Assembly (NCBI GenBank): GCA_001189075.1
Contig: LFCN01000006.1
Span: 588,866 to 652,865, forward strand
From: Parcubacteria bacterium C7867-004
Lineage (GTDB): Bacteria; Patescibacteriota; Minisyncoccia; Phycocordibacterales; Phycocordibacteraceae
DNA: 64,000 nucleotides
Direction of reading: 5' to 3'
In this document: one piece after another, positions 36,496 to 46,148 of the stretch
How the letters are laid out: the number at the start of each line of letters is the position of its first letter
Numbering within the stretch: position 1 is the first letter of the stretch
Translations under genes and position numbers: made by a program
The notes under the pieces: generated by a model
The model's database searches: none
Told to the model about the DNA's origin: nothing
Seen by the model: only the letters and a program-made list of their open reading frames with translations

Positions 36496-37053
36496 ATGGA
36501 GGAATTCGAACTTGAAGAAGGAGAGCGCGTAACGCTCACGGTGCGCAAGCACTGGTTCGTGCTTCTGCTCAGTATGCTCCCGTTCCTGCTTCTGGCGTAT
36601 CTCCCTACGGTGCTTCCCGGACTCTTTGCCGGATTCGCGAAGCAGAGCCCTGAACTTCTTGAGCTGCTTAGTACGCTCACGCTCGACAACATGTACGTTC
36701 GCCTCTTTCTCGGACTGTGGTGGCTCATGCTTTGGATCGGCGCGTTCAATACCTTTACGCAGTACTACCTCAATCACTGGGTGATCACCTCGCACCGCAT
36801 CGTGCGCATCGAGCAGCACGGGTTCTTCAATCGTGAAGTCTCAAGCTTCCTGCTTCTCAAGGTGCAGGATGTCTCGACCACCGTCGACGGCATCTTTGCC
36901 GACCTGCTCGGGTACGGCACCATCCAGGTAGAGACCGCCGGGACCTCCGCGAAGCACTTCGTGATGGACGGCGTTTCAGACCCTCAAGGCATGCGCGACC
37001 TCATCATGCGCGAGATAGGCCAGCTGCATACACCGACAAATACGGGCGTATAG
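36496..37053 (+). CDS. bacterial PH-domain membrane protein
   Basis: VRKHW, WVITSHRIV, VQDV, GYGTIQVETAG. Confidence 0.88.
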   Translation: MEEFELEEGERVTLTVRKHWFVLLLSMLPFLLLAYLPTVLPGLFAGFAKQSPELLELLSTLTLDNMYVRLFLGLWWLMLWIGAFNTFTQYYLNHWVITSHRIVRIEQHGFFNREVSSFLLLKVQDVSTTVDGIFADLLGYGTIQVETAGTSAKHFVMDGVSDPQGMRDLIMREIGQLHTPTNTGV

Positions 37054-37087
37054 AAAACTCCAGCGGGTCTGCTAAAATCAACCTATA

Positions 37088-38356
37088 ATGAGCAACAAAG
37101 ACGGCCTCTCCACCGATTCCTATAAGGGCGTGCGCGATTTCTACCCTGCTGACTGGGGCCGTCTTCAGGCCGCCTTCGGACGCGTCCGCGAGACCCTCTC
37201 CTCTTGGGGTTATGAGGAATACCAGGCCTCCCCACTCGAGCGTTCCGAGCTCTATGAGAGCAAGGGCAACGAAGAGATCATCCGCGACCAGACCTACAGC
37301 TTCGAGGACCGCGGCGGCCGCCGCGTGACGCTTCGTCCTGAAATGACGCCCACGCTCGCGCGTATGGTCTCCGGCAAGCGCCGCGAGCTTGCATTCCCGC
37401 TTCGCTGGTTCTCCATCGGCAATCGCTTTCGGTATGAGCGTCCGCAGAAGGGACGTCTCCGTGAGTTCTTCCAGACCGACGTCGATCTCATCGGACTTCC
37501 CGAGGGCGAGGCTGATCTCGAGATACTCACGCTTGCAAGCGCCGTCTTCCGCGCGTTTGGCGCCTCCGACTCGGACTTCACCATCCGCATCAATTCCCGC
37601 CCGCTCCTTTCCGCTGCCTGCCGCGCAGCCGGCGTAACGGACGCTGAAGGCGTGAAGGAATACTGGCTGCTCCTCGACCGCAAGGCGAAGATGTCCCCTG
37701 AGGAATTCGATGCCGCCCGCGGTACCACTATCGATCCGCTGCGCGCTATTGAGGACGCTACCGACCCTCTCGTAAAGGCGGAGAAGGACAAAGTTCTCGC
37801 GATGATCGAGGAGCTCAAGAAGCGCGGCATCGAGAACGTGGTCTTCGAGCCCGAGATCGTGCGCGGCTTCGATTACTACACCGGGATCGTGTACGAAGTA
37901 CAGGACACCAGCCCCGAGAACCCGCGCGCCTTGCTTGGCGGCGGGCGCTACGACGGACTCGTTGCCATGTTCGGCGGCGATCCTATACCCGCTATCGGTT
38001 TTGCGTTCGGAGACGTCGGCCTCATGGACTTCCTCGCGACCCACGACCTCCTTCCGGCAGCACTTTCCGCACCCGAGCTCTACATCGGTACGCCTTCTCC
38101 CTCAGATATTCCTCTCGCCCAAGCATTCGCAGAAAGCGTGCGCGAACGAGGTATCCGCACCTTCGTTAACCTCGGAGAGAAGCAACTCGGCGATCAGATC
38201 CGCGACGCCGTTAAGCGCGGCATCCCGTACTTCGTCGCATACGGCACCGAAGAAGACAATCGCAAGAGCGTGAAGGTCAAGACCCTCGCGACAAGCGAAG
38301 AGGAGGAGGTCAACGTCACCGTCGTCGCGCAGCATATACACGCAAAGAAGAACTAG
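37088..38356 (+). CDS. hisS: histidine--tRNA ligase
   Basis: KGVRDFYP, LRPEMT, RYERPQKGRLREF, RGFDYYTG, GGGRYD. Confidence 0.96.
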   Translation: MSNKDGLSTDSYKGVRDFYPADWGRLQAAFGRVRETLSSWGYEEYQASPLERSELYESKGNEEIIRDQTYSFEDRGGRRVTLRPEMTPTLARMVSGKRRELAFPLRWFSIGNRFRYERPQKGRLREFFQTDVDLIGLPEGEADLEILTLASAVFRAFGASDSDFTIRINSRPLLSAACRAAGVTDAEGVKEYWLLLDRKAKMSPEEFDAARGTTIDPLRAIEDATDPLVKAEKDKVLAMIEELKKRGIENVVFEPEIVRGFDYYTGIVYEVQDTSPENPRALLGGGRYDGLVAMFGGDPIPAIGFAFGDVGLMDFLATHDLLPAALSAPELYIGTPSPSDIPLAQAFAESVRERGIRTFVNLGEKQLGDQIRDAVKRGIPYFVAYGTEEDNRKSVKVKTLATSEEEEVNVTVVAQHIHAKKN

Positions 38357-38360
38357 CGGT

Positions 38361-38939
38361 ATGCGAGAGATAACGTTCGATATCGAAACCGCCAATATCC
38401 TTCCGTCGCTCGCGCGCCAAGACGTCACCCGCCTCGAGCTCGCCGTCGTGGCTATCCATGACTCTCTGACCGGAGAGTTCTCCTCGTACGATAAGAGTGA
38501 GCTACCGAAGCTCTGGCCCATCCTTGAGGCTGCTGACACCCTCATCGGCTACAACTCCGACTCCTTCGATATTCCCCTCCTCAACCACTACTACCCCGGC
38601 GACCTCACGCGCATCAAGTCCGTCGACCTCATGATCGAGGTCCAGAACGTGCTCGGCCGCCGTCTCAGGCTTCAGTCCATCGCCGAAGCCACACTCAAGG
38701 TTGGGAAGTCTGGCAACGGCCTCGACTCGGTGCGTTGGTGGCAGGAAGGGCTCTACGACAAGGTCCGTAAGTACTGCATCCAGGATGTGAAGATAACGCG
38801 CGATCTCTTCGACTATGCGCTCGAGCACGGAACGCTCAAATACAAGGATCTCAAGGATATCCGTGACGTGAAGATAAACACGCGTTCCTGGCGGGAACCC
38901 AAAGCGCCCGACGCATTCACGCATACTCTCGGACTCTAG
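38361..38939 (+). CDS. RNase H-like 3'-5' exonuclease domain protein (YprB-like)
   Basis: FDIET, GYNSDSFD, YCIQDV. Confidence 0.88.
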   Translation: MREITFDIETANILPSLARQDVTRLELAVVAIHDSLTGEFSSYDKSELPKLWPILEAADTLIGYNSDSFDIPLLNHYYPGDLTRIKSVDLMIEVQNVLGRRLRLQSIAEATLKVGKSGNGLDSVRWWQEGLYDKVRKYCIQDVKITRDLFDYALEHGTLKYKDLKDIRDVKINTRSWREPKAPDAFTHTLGL

Positions 38940-39001
38940 ATTTAATTCGAATTCGTGCTATTGTTTTTCAGGACTACCAACCGCAAAAGGAGAGATGCGC
39001 G

Positions 39002-39301
39002 GTGCAGATTCAAATTTCGATCCCGGCAATGCCGGACCCCGAAAAGAACAAGCGGCTCGCCACAGAGCTACGCGGTCTCGGGTTCGAGATCACCCCCAGC
39101 CAAATGAGCATGCCCCAGGGGACCACGGACGCGATGTGCTTTGTCAGTGGCCTGACCGCGGAGCAGGAATCCGAGGAGATGCGGAAGGCCGCATTCATCC
39201 TCTTCGAGGTCTGCGGCGGACTCAAGAATGTCGTCATGGTGCACAAGGGAAAGAGCCACCTGTTCACACCAGACACCGCTCAACCGGCCTGCGCCGCCTG
39301 A
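39002..39301 (+). CDS. orphan hypothetical protein (SD-led cassette)
   Basis: AAGGAG upstream of GTG; terminator 39310-39342. Confidence 0.7.
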   Translation: MQIQISIPAMPDPEKNKRLATELRGLGFEITPSQMSMPQGTTDAMCFVSGLTAEQESEEMRKAAFILFEVCGGLKNVVMVHKGKSHLFTPDTAQPACAA

Positions 39302-39362
39302 CGCCCATCAGCCCCCGTCATTGCGCCGGGGCTTTTATTTTTACGCGTGCTATCATTTTTTC

Positions 39363-40061
39363 ATGATTCCAGCCTCGAAGCTCAAGCATGACTACTTCCT
39401 CCCTGGCGCTATTGTGCTTGCCGGCCTCATCCTTTCTATCGCGATATTCGTCTTTCGGACCGACTCCTCTCCGGCGCTCGGGCACGGAGACCCGGCCCTC
39501 GTAGCTGCTATCGGCATACAAGATCACATCATCGGCAACCCGGAGGCCAAGGTGCTCCTCATCGAGTACGCCGATATCGACTCCGAATACAGCAAGCAGT
39601 TCCAGGCTACTCTCCAGCAGCTCATGAGCGAGTACGCTGCCGGTGGAGAAGTGGCCTGGGTGTACCGTCACTTCCCGCTTCTTGATCAGCATGTGGACGC
39701 GGGTTCCCACGCTGAAGCTGCGGAATGCGCCGCGCTCCTCGGGGATTCGGACGCGTTCTGGCGCTTCATCGATGCCATACAGTCGGCAGCTCCCGGAGAG
39801 AACCAGTTCCCGCGCACCGGCTACGCGAGCATCGTCGCCAAACTCGGACTTCCTGCTCCTGAATTCCAGACCTGCCTCACCAACAGCCGCTTCACGAAGA
39901 AAGTGTATGAGGACAGCAAGAACGCTATAGCGGCAGGTGCGGATGGTACGCCCTACACCGTGCTCATGGTTGCGGGACAGAACCCCGTCGGTATCAGCGG
40001 CGCACTCGACTATACCGATCTCAAGCGGGTGGTGGATGAGGCTATCGCGAAGACGAAATAG
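39363..40061 (+). CDS. DsbA/thioredoxin-fold protein with SxxS in place of CxxC
   Basis: IGNPEAKVLLIEYADIDSEYSKQF, WVYRHFPL, AAECA, GTP loop. Confidence 0.9.
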   Translation: MIPASKLKHDYFLPGAIVLAGLILSIAIFVFRTDSSPALGHGDPALVAAIGIQDHIIGNPEAKVLLIEYADIDSEYSKQFQATLQQLMSEYAAGGEVAWVYRHFPLLDQHVDAGSHAEAAECAALLGDSDAFWRFIDAIQSAAPGENQFPRTGYASIVAKLGLPAPEFQTCLTNSRFTKKVYEDSKNAIAAGADGTPYTVLMVAGQNPVGISGALDYTDLKRVVDEAIAKTK

Positions 40062-40064
40062 ACC

Positions 40065-40937
40065 TTAACGGAAGGTATCCAGCTGCTCGAGTATTTCTAG
40101 GTGGACCTTGTCCGCAAGCATTTCCCGAACTGATTCAGAGGAAACGGTAAGTCCTTTTTCTCCCGAGATGCCGTTAACGATTGCAAGAGCTTCGTCATAG
40201 GACCTCCGGGACTCATGCCTGCCGCGCATACGAGCGTAATGCGCGAACACAGTAAGCTGGCTTCGCGCCTGCTTAAGGAGAAGCTCCTGTACAGGATGGA
40301 CCGCAAGCTCTCCCTTGCGACCCTCGGTCCAAGCACGCGCAAGAGAGAGTACGGTCCCGCGCTCAACACCGAGCACGATGCGCGGGACCTGAGTGAGTCG
40401 TCCTTTGATCCTGCCGTCGCCTGATTCGAAATATTTTATTGTCGCGAGCCGGTCCTGATCGATATCTCTCTTGATCCGGCCGAACTTCTTCGAAATCGTA
40501 TCGGCACCGTAGGTAGCATCAACGCCGAGCGCCAGATGCGCCTTCCTGCTCTCGGGCTCATCAAATTCGACGATGAGGTCAACGCCGTTCACGATGTCAT
40601 CAAATTCGCTCGTTTTGAGAGTGTGAGCGTGCGAACCGAACCAATTTGAAAGCTCGATCTGGTCGAATACTATGCCTTCGAGGATATCCGCCGCGATCTT
40701 TCCGCTCCCGGTCTCGAATACGTTACTCTTGAGATGATCGACCTTAGCCAAATCTGCCTGTATTGCCTTCTGGTCATACAGGTCGCCGAAATTCTTCGGC
40801 TGTATGGCATGCTCGCGAAACAGCTTCTGAGCCTTCTCGTACGCAAGCCGTACGGTGGGATTCGTCTCGAACGTTCCGCCCGAATCGATCTGGCGTGCCA
40901 TCCTGTTCTCCATCGGATTGTACCCGTTGTATCCCAT
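40065..40937 (-). CDS. conserved hypothetical protein, possible PD-(D/E)xK-like fold
   Basis: TSEFDDIVNGVDLIVEF..LGVDAT; leaderless -10 TATCGT. Confidence 0.82.
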   Translation of the reverse strand: MGYNGYNPMENRMARQIDSGGTFETNPTVRLAYEKAQKLFREHAIQPKNFGDLYDQKAIQADLAKVDHLKSNVFETGSGKIAADILEGIVFDQIELSNWFGSHAHTLKTSEFDDIVNGVDLIVEFDEPESRKAHLALGVDATYGADTISKKFGRIKRDIDQDRLATIKYFESGDGRIKGRLTQVPRIVLGVERGTVLSLARAWTEGRKGELAVHPVQELLLKQARSQLTVFAHYARMRGRHESRRSYDEALAIVNGISGEKGLTVSSESVREMLADKVHLEILEQLDTFR

Positions 40938-40957
40938 GCAAAGACGATAGCATGGCG

Positions 40958-43810
40958 CTACGTACCGAAAAGTTTGAGTAGATCGTCGTACTCGGACGGC
41001 TCGCCTTTGCGCCACTTGCCGCTTATGAGCTCTCGCAGGACCTCATCAAGTGTCCCGGCGAGCTCTGCTCGCGTCTCATCCGTGAGCGCTACCGGGTGCT
41101 CCGTCACTTCTTCCTCGCCAACCTGGATGATGAGAGCGCTATCCGTTTCGTGACCGTTCTCCCGGAGCAGAAGATCGTAGAACGCGAGCTGGCGCTCAAA
41201 CTTCTGCGCATCTTTCTTATCAATAGTCGACGACGTCTTGAAGTCCACGATGCATTCTCCCCGGTCTCCCTTGAAGACCGCATCCACCTTCCCTTTGAGA
41301 ACTATCTCTTTCCCATCGATCGTGCGCTTCACGCTGAACGCCTCCTCGATGGCAATTGCTTCGCGCGTGAGCAATTCGCTACCTAAGTAGGAATCGAGCG
41401 ACGCATGGGCATGGCGTGTGAGCTCATCAAACGTATCGCCTCGCTGGAGCAAGGAACGGGAGAGGGAGCGGGATAGCTCCGCATGCGCCGCGGCAGCGCG
41501 TTCGTCCTCGGCAGCGTCCTTCCGCTTGAGATACGCCGCTATGGCCGCATGCACCGCGTTTCCTACCGCTATCGCCCGGCTCTCCGGCTCACTGAGTCGC
41601 AGTACGCGCTTAGCGAAGAAGGTCGGCGGCGAAGCGAGATATTCGTTATACGCCGACGGCGAGAGGCCGTCATGCTCCAGATAACGGCAGGTAAGCTCGC
41701 GGGCAAGCTCGGGTGCATCAATAACCGTATGCATGAGTGGAATTGGATCAGACTCGACTTCAGCAACACTGAGTCCGGACGGAAGTAATGAGAGCGGCGC
41801 CTGCTCTTTCCCTGCCATGTCGGAGGCGGCATAGGAAAGGACGAGCTCGTTCTTGGCGCGCGTGAGCGCAACATAGAACAGACGGACGAGCTCTTCCTTC
41901 TCGCGCGTCGAGTCGAACATGGACGGCACGAGCGCGCTCTTGCCGCGACCTTCCCATTCGCGGGCGGTGAGCGCGGTTACGAACACGCGTTCGAATTCCA
42001 TACCTTTCGCCTTGTGCGCCGTTATAACCGTCACCTGCCCTTCCCGCTGCGTGAGCGAGGTCTTGATGCTGCCAATCTCGTGCTCACGCGCTTTTGCTAA
42101 GCTGTCCATAATCTCGCCGAAGGTTGCGTTGGGGTCCCGGCGCGTCAGATCCTCGACATGCGCGATAATCTGGCGCACAAGCGGGATGTCTTCGGAAACC
42201 TGTTCGCCTCCTGAAAGGAAGAACGCACGTGCGCCCGAATCCTTGAGAAGATACGAGAGTACGTTAAGCGGTGGAAGGCTTACCACCTGCTCCCGCAGAT
42301 GCGCTATCGTTCCAGCGATACCAGGAAAGGAGACGGCGAGCGCATCCGTAAGCTCGTAGTCCCGATGCTGTCTGAGGAATGTTGCGCGCTCGGCGAGGCT
42401 CGGTTCCCACCACGGCGCAAGCAGCGCTTCCCGCAGGAGCGCGTTCTCGTTCGGATTCGCAATCGCCTGCATGAGCGCGAGCAGGAAGCGGATGCTCGGT
42501 CGCCCGTCGAGGTCGATGTCGCCGGCACGGAGTGTCGGTATCCCGCGAGCACGCAGATGGAGCGCGAAGAGGTCGGCAGTCTTATTCTTGAGCGTTATGA
42601 TCGCTATCTCGTGCGGTGCAACGCCCTCATCTATCGCTTCTTGAACTAGAGTCGCTACCTGGTCCCGCTCAGCGAGTGGGTCCTCGGACTGGAGCAGGTG
42701 CATCTTCCCGCCCGCGCCTCTGAAACCTGAGAGCCTGACATGCTCGCCGCTCGACGAGGGGAGATCCGCCAGCAGTGTATGCGAAAGGTCGAGGATGTCC
42801 TGGTACGAGCGATAGTTTTCGGTGAGCGCTATCACCGTTGTCCGAGGATAGAGTGTAAGGAAGGTCTTGAAATGCGTCGTGTCCGCGCCCTGGAATCCGA
42901 AGACCGCCTGCTTCTCATCACCCACGATGAAGAGGTTCGGGTGCTCGTCGAACGCGAGTGCATCGAGCAAGGCGTGCTGAAGCGCGTTTGCATCCTGGTG
43001 CTCATCGGCGAGCACGTACTGATACTTCTCTTGGAGATCCGCTCGGAGCGCTTCATCCTCCGCGAGTGCGTCGGTCGCAATCCGGAGTACATCGGTATAG
43101 CCGTAGAGTCCTCTCGCCTCCTTCTCTGCGCGATACGTTTCGATAAGCCCTGCCGCTTCCCGTCCTTTCTCCAGACGCTCAATCTTCTTCACGCCTGTCG
43201 GATTAAGCTCCCCGGCAGCGCCTCCTTTCCCGCCACGCACGTAGCGAAGCTTGGGATCGTCTTTCATGCGCTCCTCTTCCTCGTCGAGCCAGCCTTGATA
43301 CTGTTCGATGCTCACGCACTCGCGCGTAAGGGTATCCTCGAGCGATTTCAAATCCTTCAGGTAATGGAAGGGTGACTTCGGTGTACGCAGTTTCGATTGC
43401 TTCAGATTCTCAAGCACGTCCCGCCAGAGCAGCACCTGCTCAACCTCGCCCATAAGCCTGCGATCCGTGTATTCGGAGAACGCTTCGGGATACTCCTTCA
43501 TGATGTGCTCGGCGAAACTGTGGAAGGTGTACGTTCCGACCTTCCTCGCAGCCTCCTCGCCGATGAGTCCTCCGAGACGCTTCGCCACCGTGCGTGCGGC
43601 GGAATCAGTGAACGTGAGTACGAGAATATTCTCAGGAGCCGTGTCCTGCGTCGTCTTTAGAATGTTGGCAATGCGCAGCGTAAGGATGTGGGTCTTTCCG
43701 GTACCCGGGCCCGCGATAACCAAGACCGGACCCTCCACCGTATCCACCGCCTGCTTCTGGGCGGGGTTAAGCTTTGCGTAGGCCTCGTCGAACGCCTTCG
43801 TATCCTTCAT
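40958..43810 (-). CDS. UvrD/PcrA-type helicase fused to a PD-(D/E)xK nuclease (AdnAB/AddA-like)
   Basis: AGPGTGKT, DEHQD, VGDEKQ, ENYRS, TAHKAKGMEF, YVALTRAK; KGKVDAV..IVDFKT..QLAFY. Confidence 0.95.
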   Translation of the reverse strand: MKDTKAFDEAYAKLNPAQKQAVDTVEGPVLVIAGPGTGKTHILTLRIANILKTTQDTAPENILVLTFTDSAARTVAKRLGGLIGEEAARKVGTYTFHSFAEHIMKEYPEAFSEYTDRRLMGEVEQVLLWRDVLENLKQSKLRTPKSPFHYLKDLKSLEDTLTRECVSIEQYQGWLDEEEERMKDDPKLRYVRGGKGGAAGELNPTGVKKIERLEKGREAAGLIETYRAEKEARGLYGYTDVLRIATDALAEDEALRADLQEKYQYVLADEHQDANALQHALLDALAFDEHPNLFIVGDEKQAVFGFQGADTTHFKTFLTLYPRTTVIALTENYRSYQDILDLSHTLLADLPSSSGEHVRLSGFRGAGGKMHLLQSEDPLAERDQVATLVQEAIDEGVAPHEIAIITLKNKTADLFALHLRARGIPTLRAGDIDLDGRPSIRFLLALMQAIANPNENALLREALLAPWWEPSLAERATFLRQHRDYELTDALAVSFPGIAGTIAHLREQVVSLPPLNVLSYLLKDSGARAFFLSGGEQVSEDIPLVRQIIAHVEDLTRRDPNATFGEIMDSLAKAREHEIGSIKTSLTQREGQVTVITAHKAKGMEFERVFVTALTAREWEGRGKSALVPSMFDSTREKEELVRLFYVALTRAKNELVLSYAASDMAGKEQAPLSLLPSGLSVAEVESDPIPLMHTVIDAPELARELTCRYLEHDGLSPSAYNEYLASPPTFFAKRVLRLSEPESRAIAVGNAVHAAIAAYLKRKDAAEDERAAAAHAELSRSLSRSLLQRGDTFDELTRHAHASLDSYLGSELLTREAIAIEEAFSVKRTIDGKEIVLKGKVDAVFKGDRGECIVDFKTSSTIDKKDAQKFERQLAFYDLLLRENGHETDSALIIQVGEEEVTEHPVALTDETRAELAGTLDEVLRELISGKWRKGEPSEYDDLLKLFGT

Positions 43811-43879
43811 AGGGCTATTCTACCTGATTCAAAAAGAAAAGAGTCCGGACGCGGTTATGCGTACGGACCCTGAATCGAA

Positions 43880-44398
43880 CTATCCCAGCGGCTCCTCGAA
43901 CGCGAAGAGCGTTCGATCGAGGAAGTGAAAGCCGTTCCCCGATACACCGGCCCTCCGCTCACCCGTCTTCTTCGAATGATAGACGCCGCAGACATTCGGA
44001 TAGCTCTCGAACATCTGCTGCTCCGTTGCGACCAGTCCCACGCCGCCCCCACAGGAGAACAATTCGTGGAGCGGGCGGGCGAGAGCGGAGACCGCGAAGA
44101 CGGTGTACGGATTCGTACTGAGAAGGCCGTTCCGGCGACCCCATGAAGAAGCATCGATCGGCGAGGTCTTGCTATCCGGACCCGCCCACATGAGGATGAG
44201 GCGGACGTGCGGTCTCGCTTCTGGTATCGCGAATTGATTCCCGATGCGATGGATCTTGAGTTGCGGTTGAGGCCTGGTGTCGGGCGTTCCCGCCATGATG
44301 GCAGCATCCCACGAATCGAAACGCGGGACAGCAACCGTAAGCCGGATAATCCTTCCGTCGAGCGGAGGGCAGATCGTATCAAGCAGCGACTGTGACAT
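43880..44398 (-). CDS. orphan hypothetical protein (SD-led cassette)
   Basis: GGGAGAG before ATG; terminator 43831-43870 on the minus strand. Confidence 0.8.
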   Translation of the reverse strand: MSQSLLDTICPPLDGRIIRLTVAVPRFDSWDAAIMAGTPDTRPQPQLKIHRIGNQFAIPEARPHVRLILMWAGPDSKTSPIDASSWGRRNGLLSTNPYTVFAVSALARPLHELFSCGGGVGLVATEQQMFESYPNVCGVYHSKKTGERRAGVSGNGFHFLDRTLFAFEEPLG

Positions 44399-44462
44399 GC
44401 GCTCTCCCGAATCGCAGTGTTGGAGTCAAAGAACGTGGATACGATATACCACGAAAAACAAA

Positions 44463-45026
44463 CTACGTCGAGTACCTCGTTCGGATGATTCTTCTCGCTT
44501 CCTTATGCTTAGGAACGGTCCGGGCGACCAGGTCCCAGAACCTCGCCGAGTGGTTGTGCTCCTTGGTATGGCAGAGCTCATGCACGATGATGTAGTCGGC
44601 GAGCTCGTGCGGAAGGAATGCGATGCGGTAGTTGAAAGAGAGATTGTTCTCCATGGAGCAGCTTCCCCAACGCGTTTTCTGATTCCGTATTGATATCCGT
44701 CCGTACGAGAATCCGTATGCCGTATTGAAATGCGGGAGCCTCTCCGTCACCAGCACCCTTGCTGCTTCCACCGCATCCTTGTACGCCTTCGATCCCCTTC
44801 TCGGTTTCGGAAGCGGTTCGGGAGCGACGCCCTTGTTCCGCTTCTCGAAATACGCTCTCGCCTTCTCAATCCACTCCGATTTGGTCGCCATCCACCGCTC
44901 GACTTCCCGTAGCGAAACGCGCTTCGGTTTCGTTACCACCACCCGCCCATCTGGTTCTACCGTAAGCCGCAGATTCTTCGCCCGCACTGATTCCCGTATC
45001 TCATATTCGATCCCCGACATTCCCAC
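44463..45026 (-). CDS. YgjP/M48-like metal-dependent hydrolase
   Basis: QKTRWGSCS, YIIVHELCH, NHSARFW. Confidence 0.92.
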   Translation of the reverse strand: MGMSGIEYEIRESVRAKNLRLTVEPDGRVVVTKPKRVSLREVERWMATKSEWIEKARAYFEKRNKGVAPEPLPKPRRGSKAYKDAVEAARVLVTERLPHFNTAYGFSYGRISIRNQKTRWGSCSMENNLSFNYRIAFLPHELADYIIVHELCHTKEHNHSARFWDLVARTVPKHKEARRIIRTRYST

Positions 45027-45065
45027 AGTCTACAGTGAGGCTGAAAACAATGCAGATATGATGGA

Positions 45066-45170
45066 TTGATTTCTTATACTTAGACTTATATACTTTAAGT
45101 ACATTAGGGTGAGAGCTCTAATGACTATGGCTTCGGCCCCGCCCCGCTCGCAAGAGTGGGGCAAACTAGT
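45066..45170 (+). ncRNA. promoter and candidate small RNA convergent on PemK gene 2
   Basis: TTGATT-17-TATACT-tta-AGTACA, inserted hairpin, GGC-TTCG-GCC, GCCCCGCTC-GCAA-GAGTGGGGC. Confidence 0.6.
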
Positions 45171-45563
45171 TTACGCAAATAGAATTTGCTTCAGGCGCTT
45201 ACGTAAGCATTCGAAGGTTTCGATATCAAGAATATCGATTCTTCGTATGAGTCGCTTTGCATCTATTAAACGCACTTGCGATAGGTTTGCACATGCTTCC
45301 CGCTTTCCAACCATTCCGAGTGGTAAATAATATTCCCCTTTCTTCATTTTTCCTGTTAGAGCAACTCCAAAAAAGGTATTCCGATTAAATGCTCGAATCA
45401 CTACAATGGGCCTGTCGAAGTTCTTTCCAGTCCCATCTTGTTCGAATCCTATGTTCACGCCGAGAGCACATGACCATATCTCACGCTCTCGATAATGAGG
45501 ATACGTTCCGCGAACGTTCCTGAATTTCTTGCTCTTATTCCACTCATCGAAGTCCTTTTCCAT
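45171..45563 (-). CDS. PemK/MazF-family endoribonuclease toxin with no adjacent antitoxin ORF
   Basis: EREIWSCALGVNIGFEQDG, RPIVVI, SQVRLIDAKRL; paralog of 25783-26169. Confidence 0.92.
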   Translation of the reverse strand: MEKDFDEWNKSKKFRNVRGTYPHYREREIWSCALGVNIGFEQDGTGKNFDRPIVVIRAFNRNTFFGVALTGKMKKGEYYLPLGMVGKREACANLSQVRLIDAKRLIRRIDILDIETFECLRKRLKQILFA

Positions 45564-45633
45564 CTCACAAGCTTACAAAAAGGCACATAAAATAAACCTG
45601 GAGAAATCAGCACTATTTCCCTATACTTTAGAT

Positions 45634-46107
45634 ATGAAAACGGAGACCCGCTACTGGCTCATGAAATCCGAGCCGGAGAGCTACAGCATCGGGCACCTGA
45701 AGAAGGACAGGAAGACCGCTTGGAATGGCGTGCGCAACTATCAGGCCCGCAACTTCATGCGCGATATGAAGATAGGCGATCAGATCCTCTTCTATCATTC
45801 CAACTGTAAGGTCATGGGCGTATACGGCGTTGCCAAAGTCGCATCAGCCCCCTACCCCGACCCGACCCAGTTCGATCCCAAGAGTCACTATTTCGATACT
45901 AAAGCGACGAAGGCGAAACCCATTTGGGACCTCGTTGATATTGCCTACGTTTCTATGTTCAAAGAGCCGGTCACCCTCATCGACATCCGCGCGACCCCAT
46001 CGCTCAAATCGATGATTATCCTCCAGACAGGCTCCCGCCTTTCCGTCACTCCTGTCGACCCTGCGCATTTCAATACCATCCTCGCCCTCGCCAAAAGATA
46101 CATGTAA
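45634..46107 (+). CDS. EVE domain protein
   Basis: YWLMKSEP, WNGVRNYQARN, FYHS, RLSVTPV. Confidence 0.94.
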   Translation: MKTETRYWLMKSEPESYSIGHLKKDRKTAWNGVRNYQARNFMRDMKIGDQILFYHSNCKVMGVYGVAKVASAPYPDPTQFDPKSHYFDTKATKAKPIWDLVDIAYVSMFKEPVTLIDIRATPSLKSMIILQTGSRLSVTPVDPAHFNTILALAKRYM

Positions 46108-46148
46108 AAGGCCCGCTCTGCGGGCCTTTTACATACGAGTGTTCGTTG

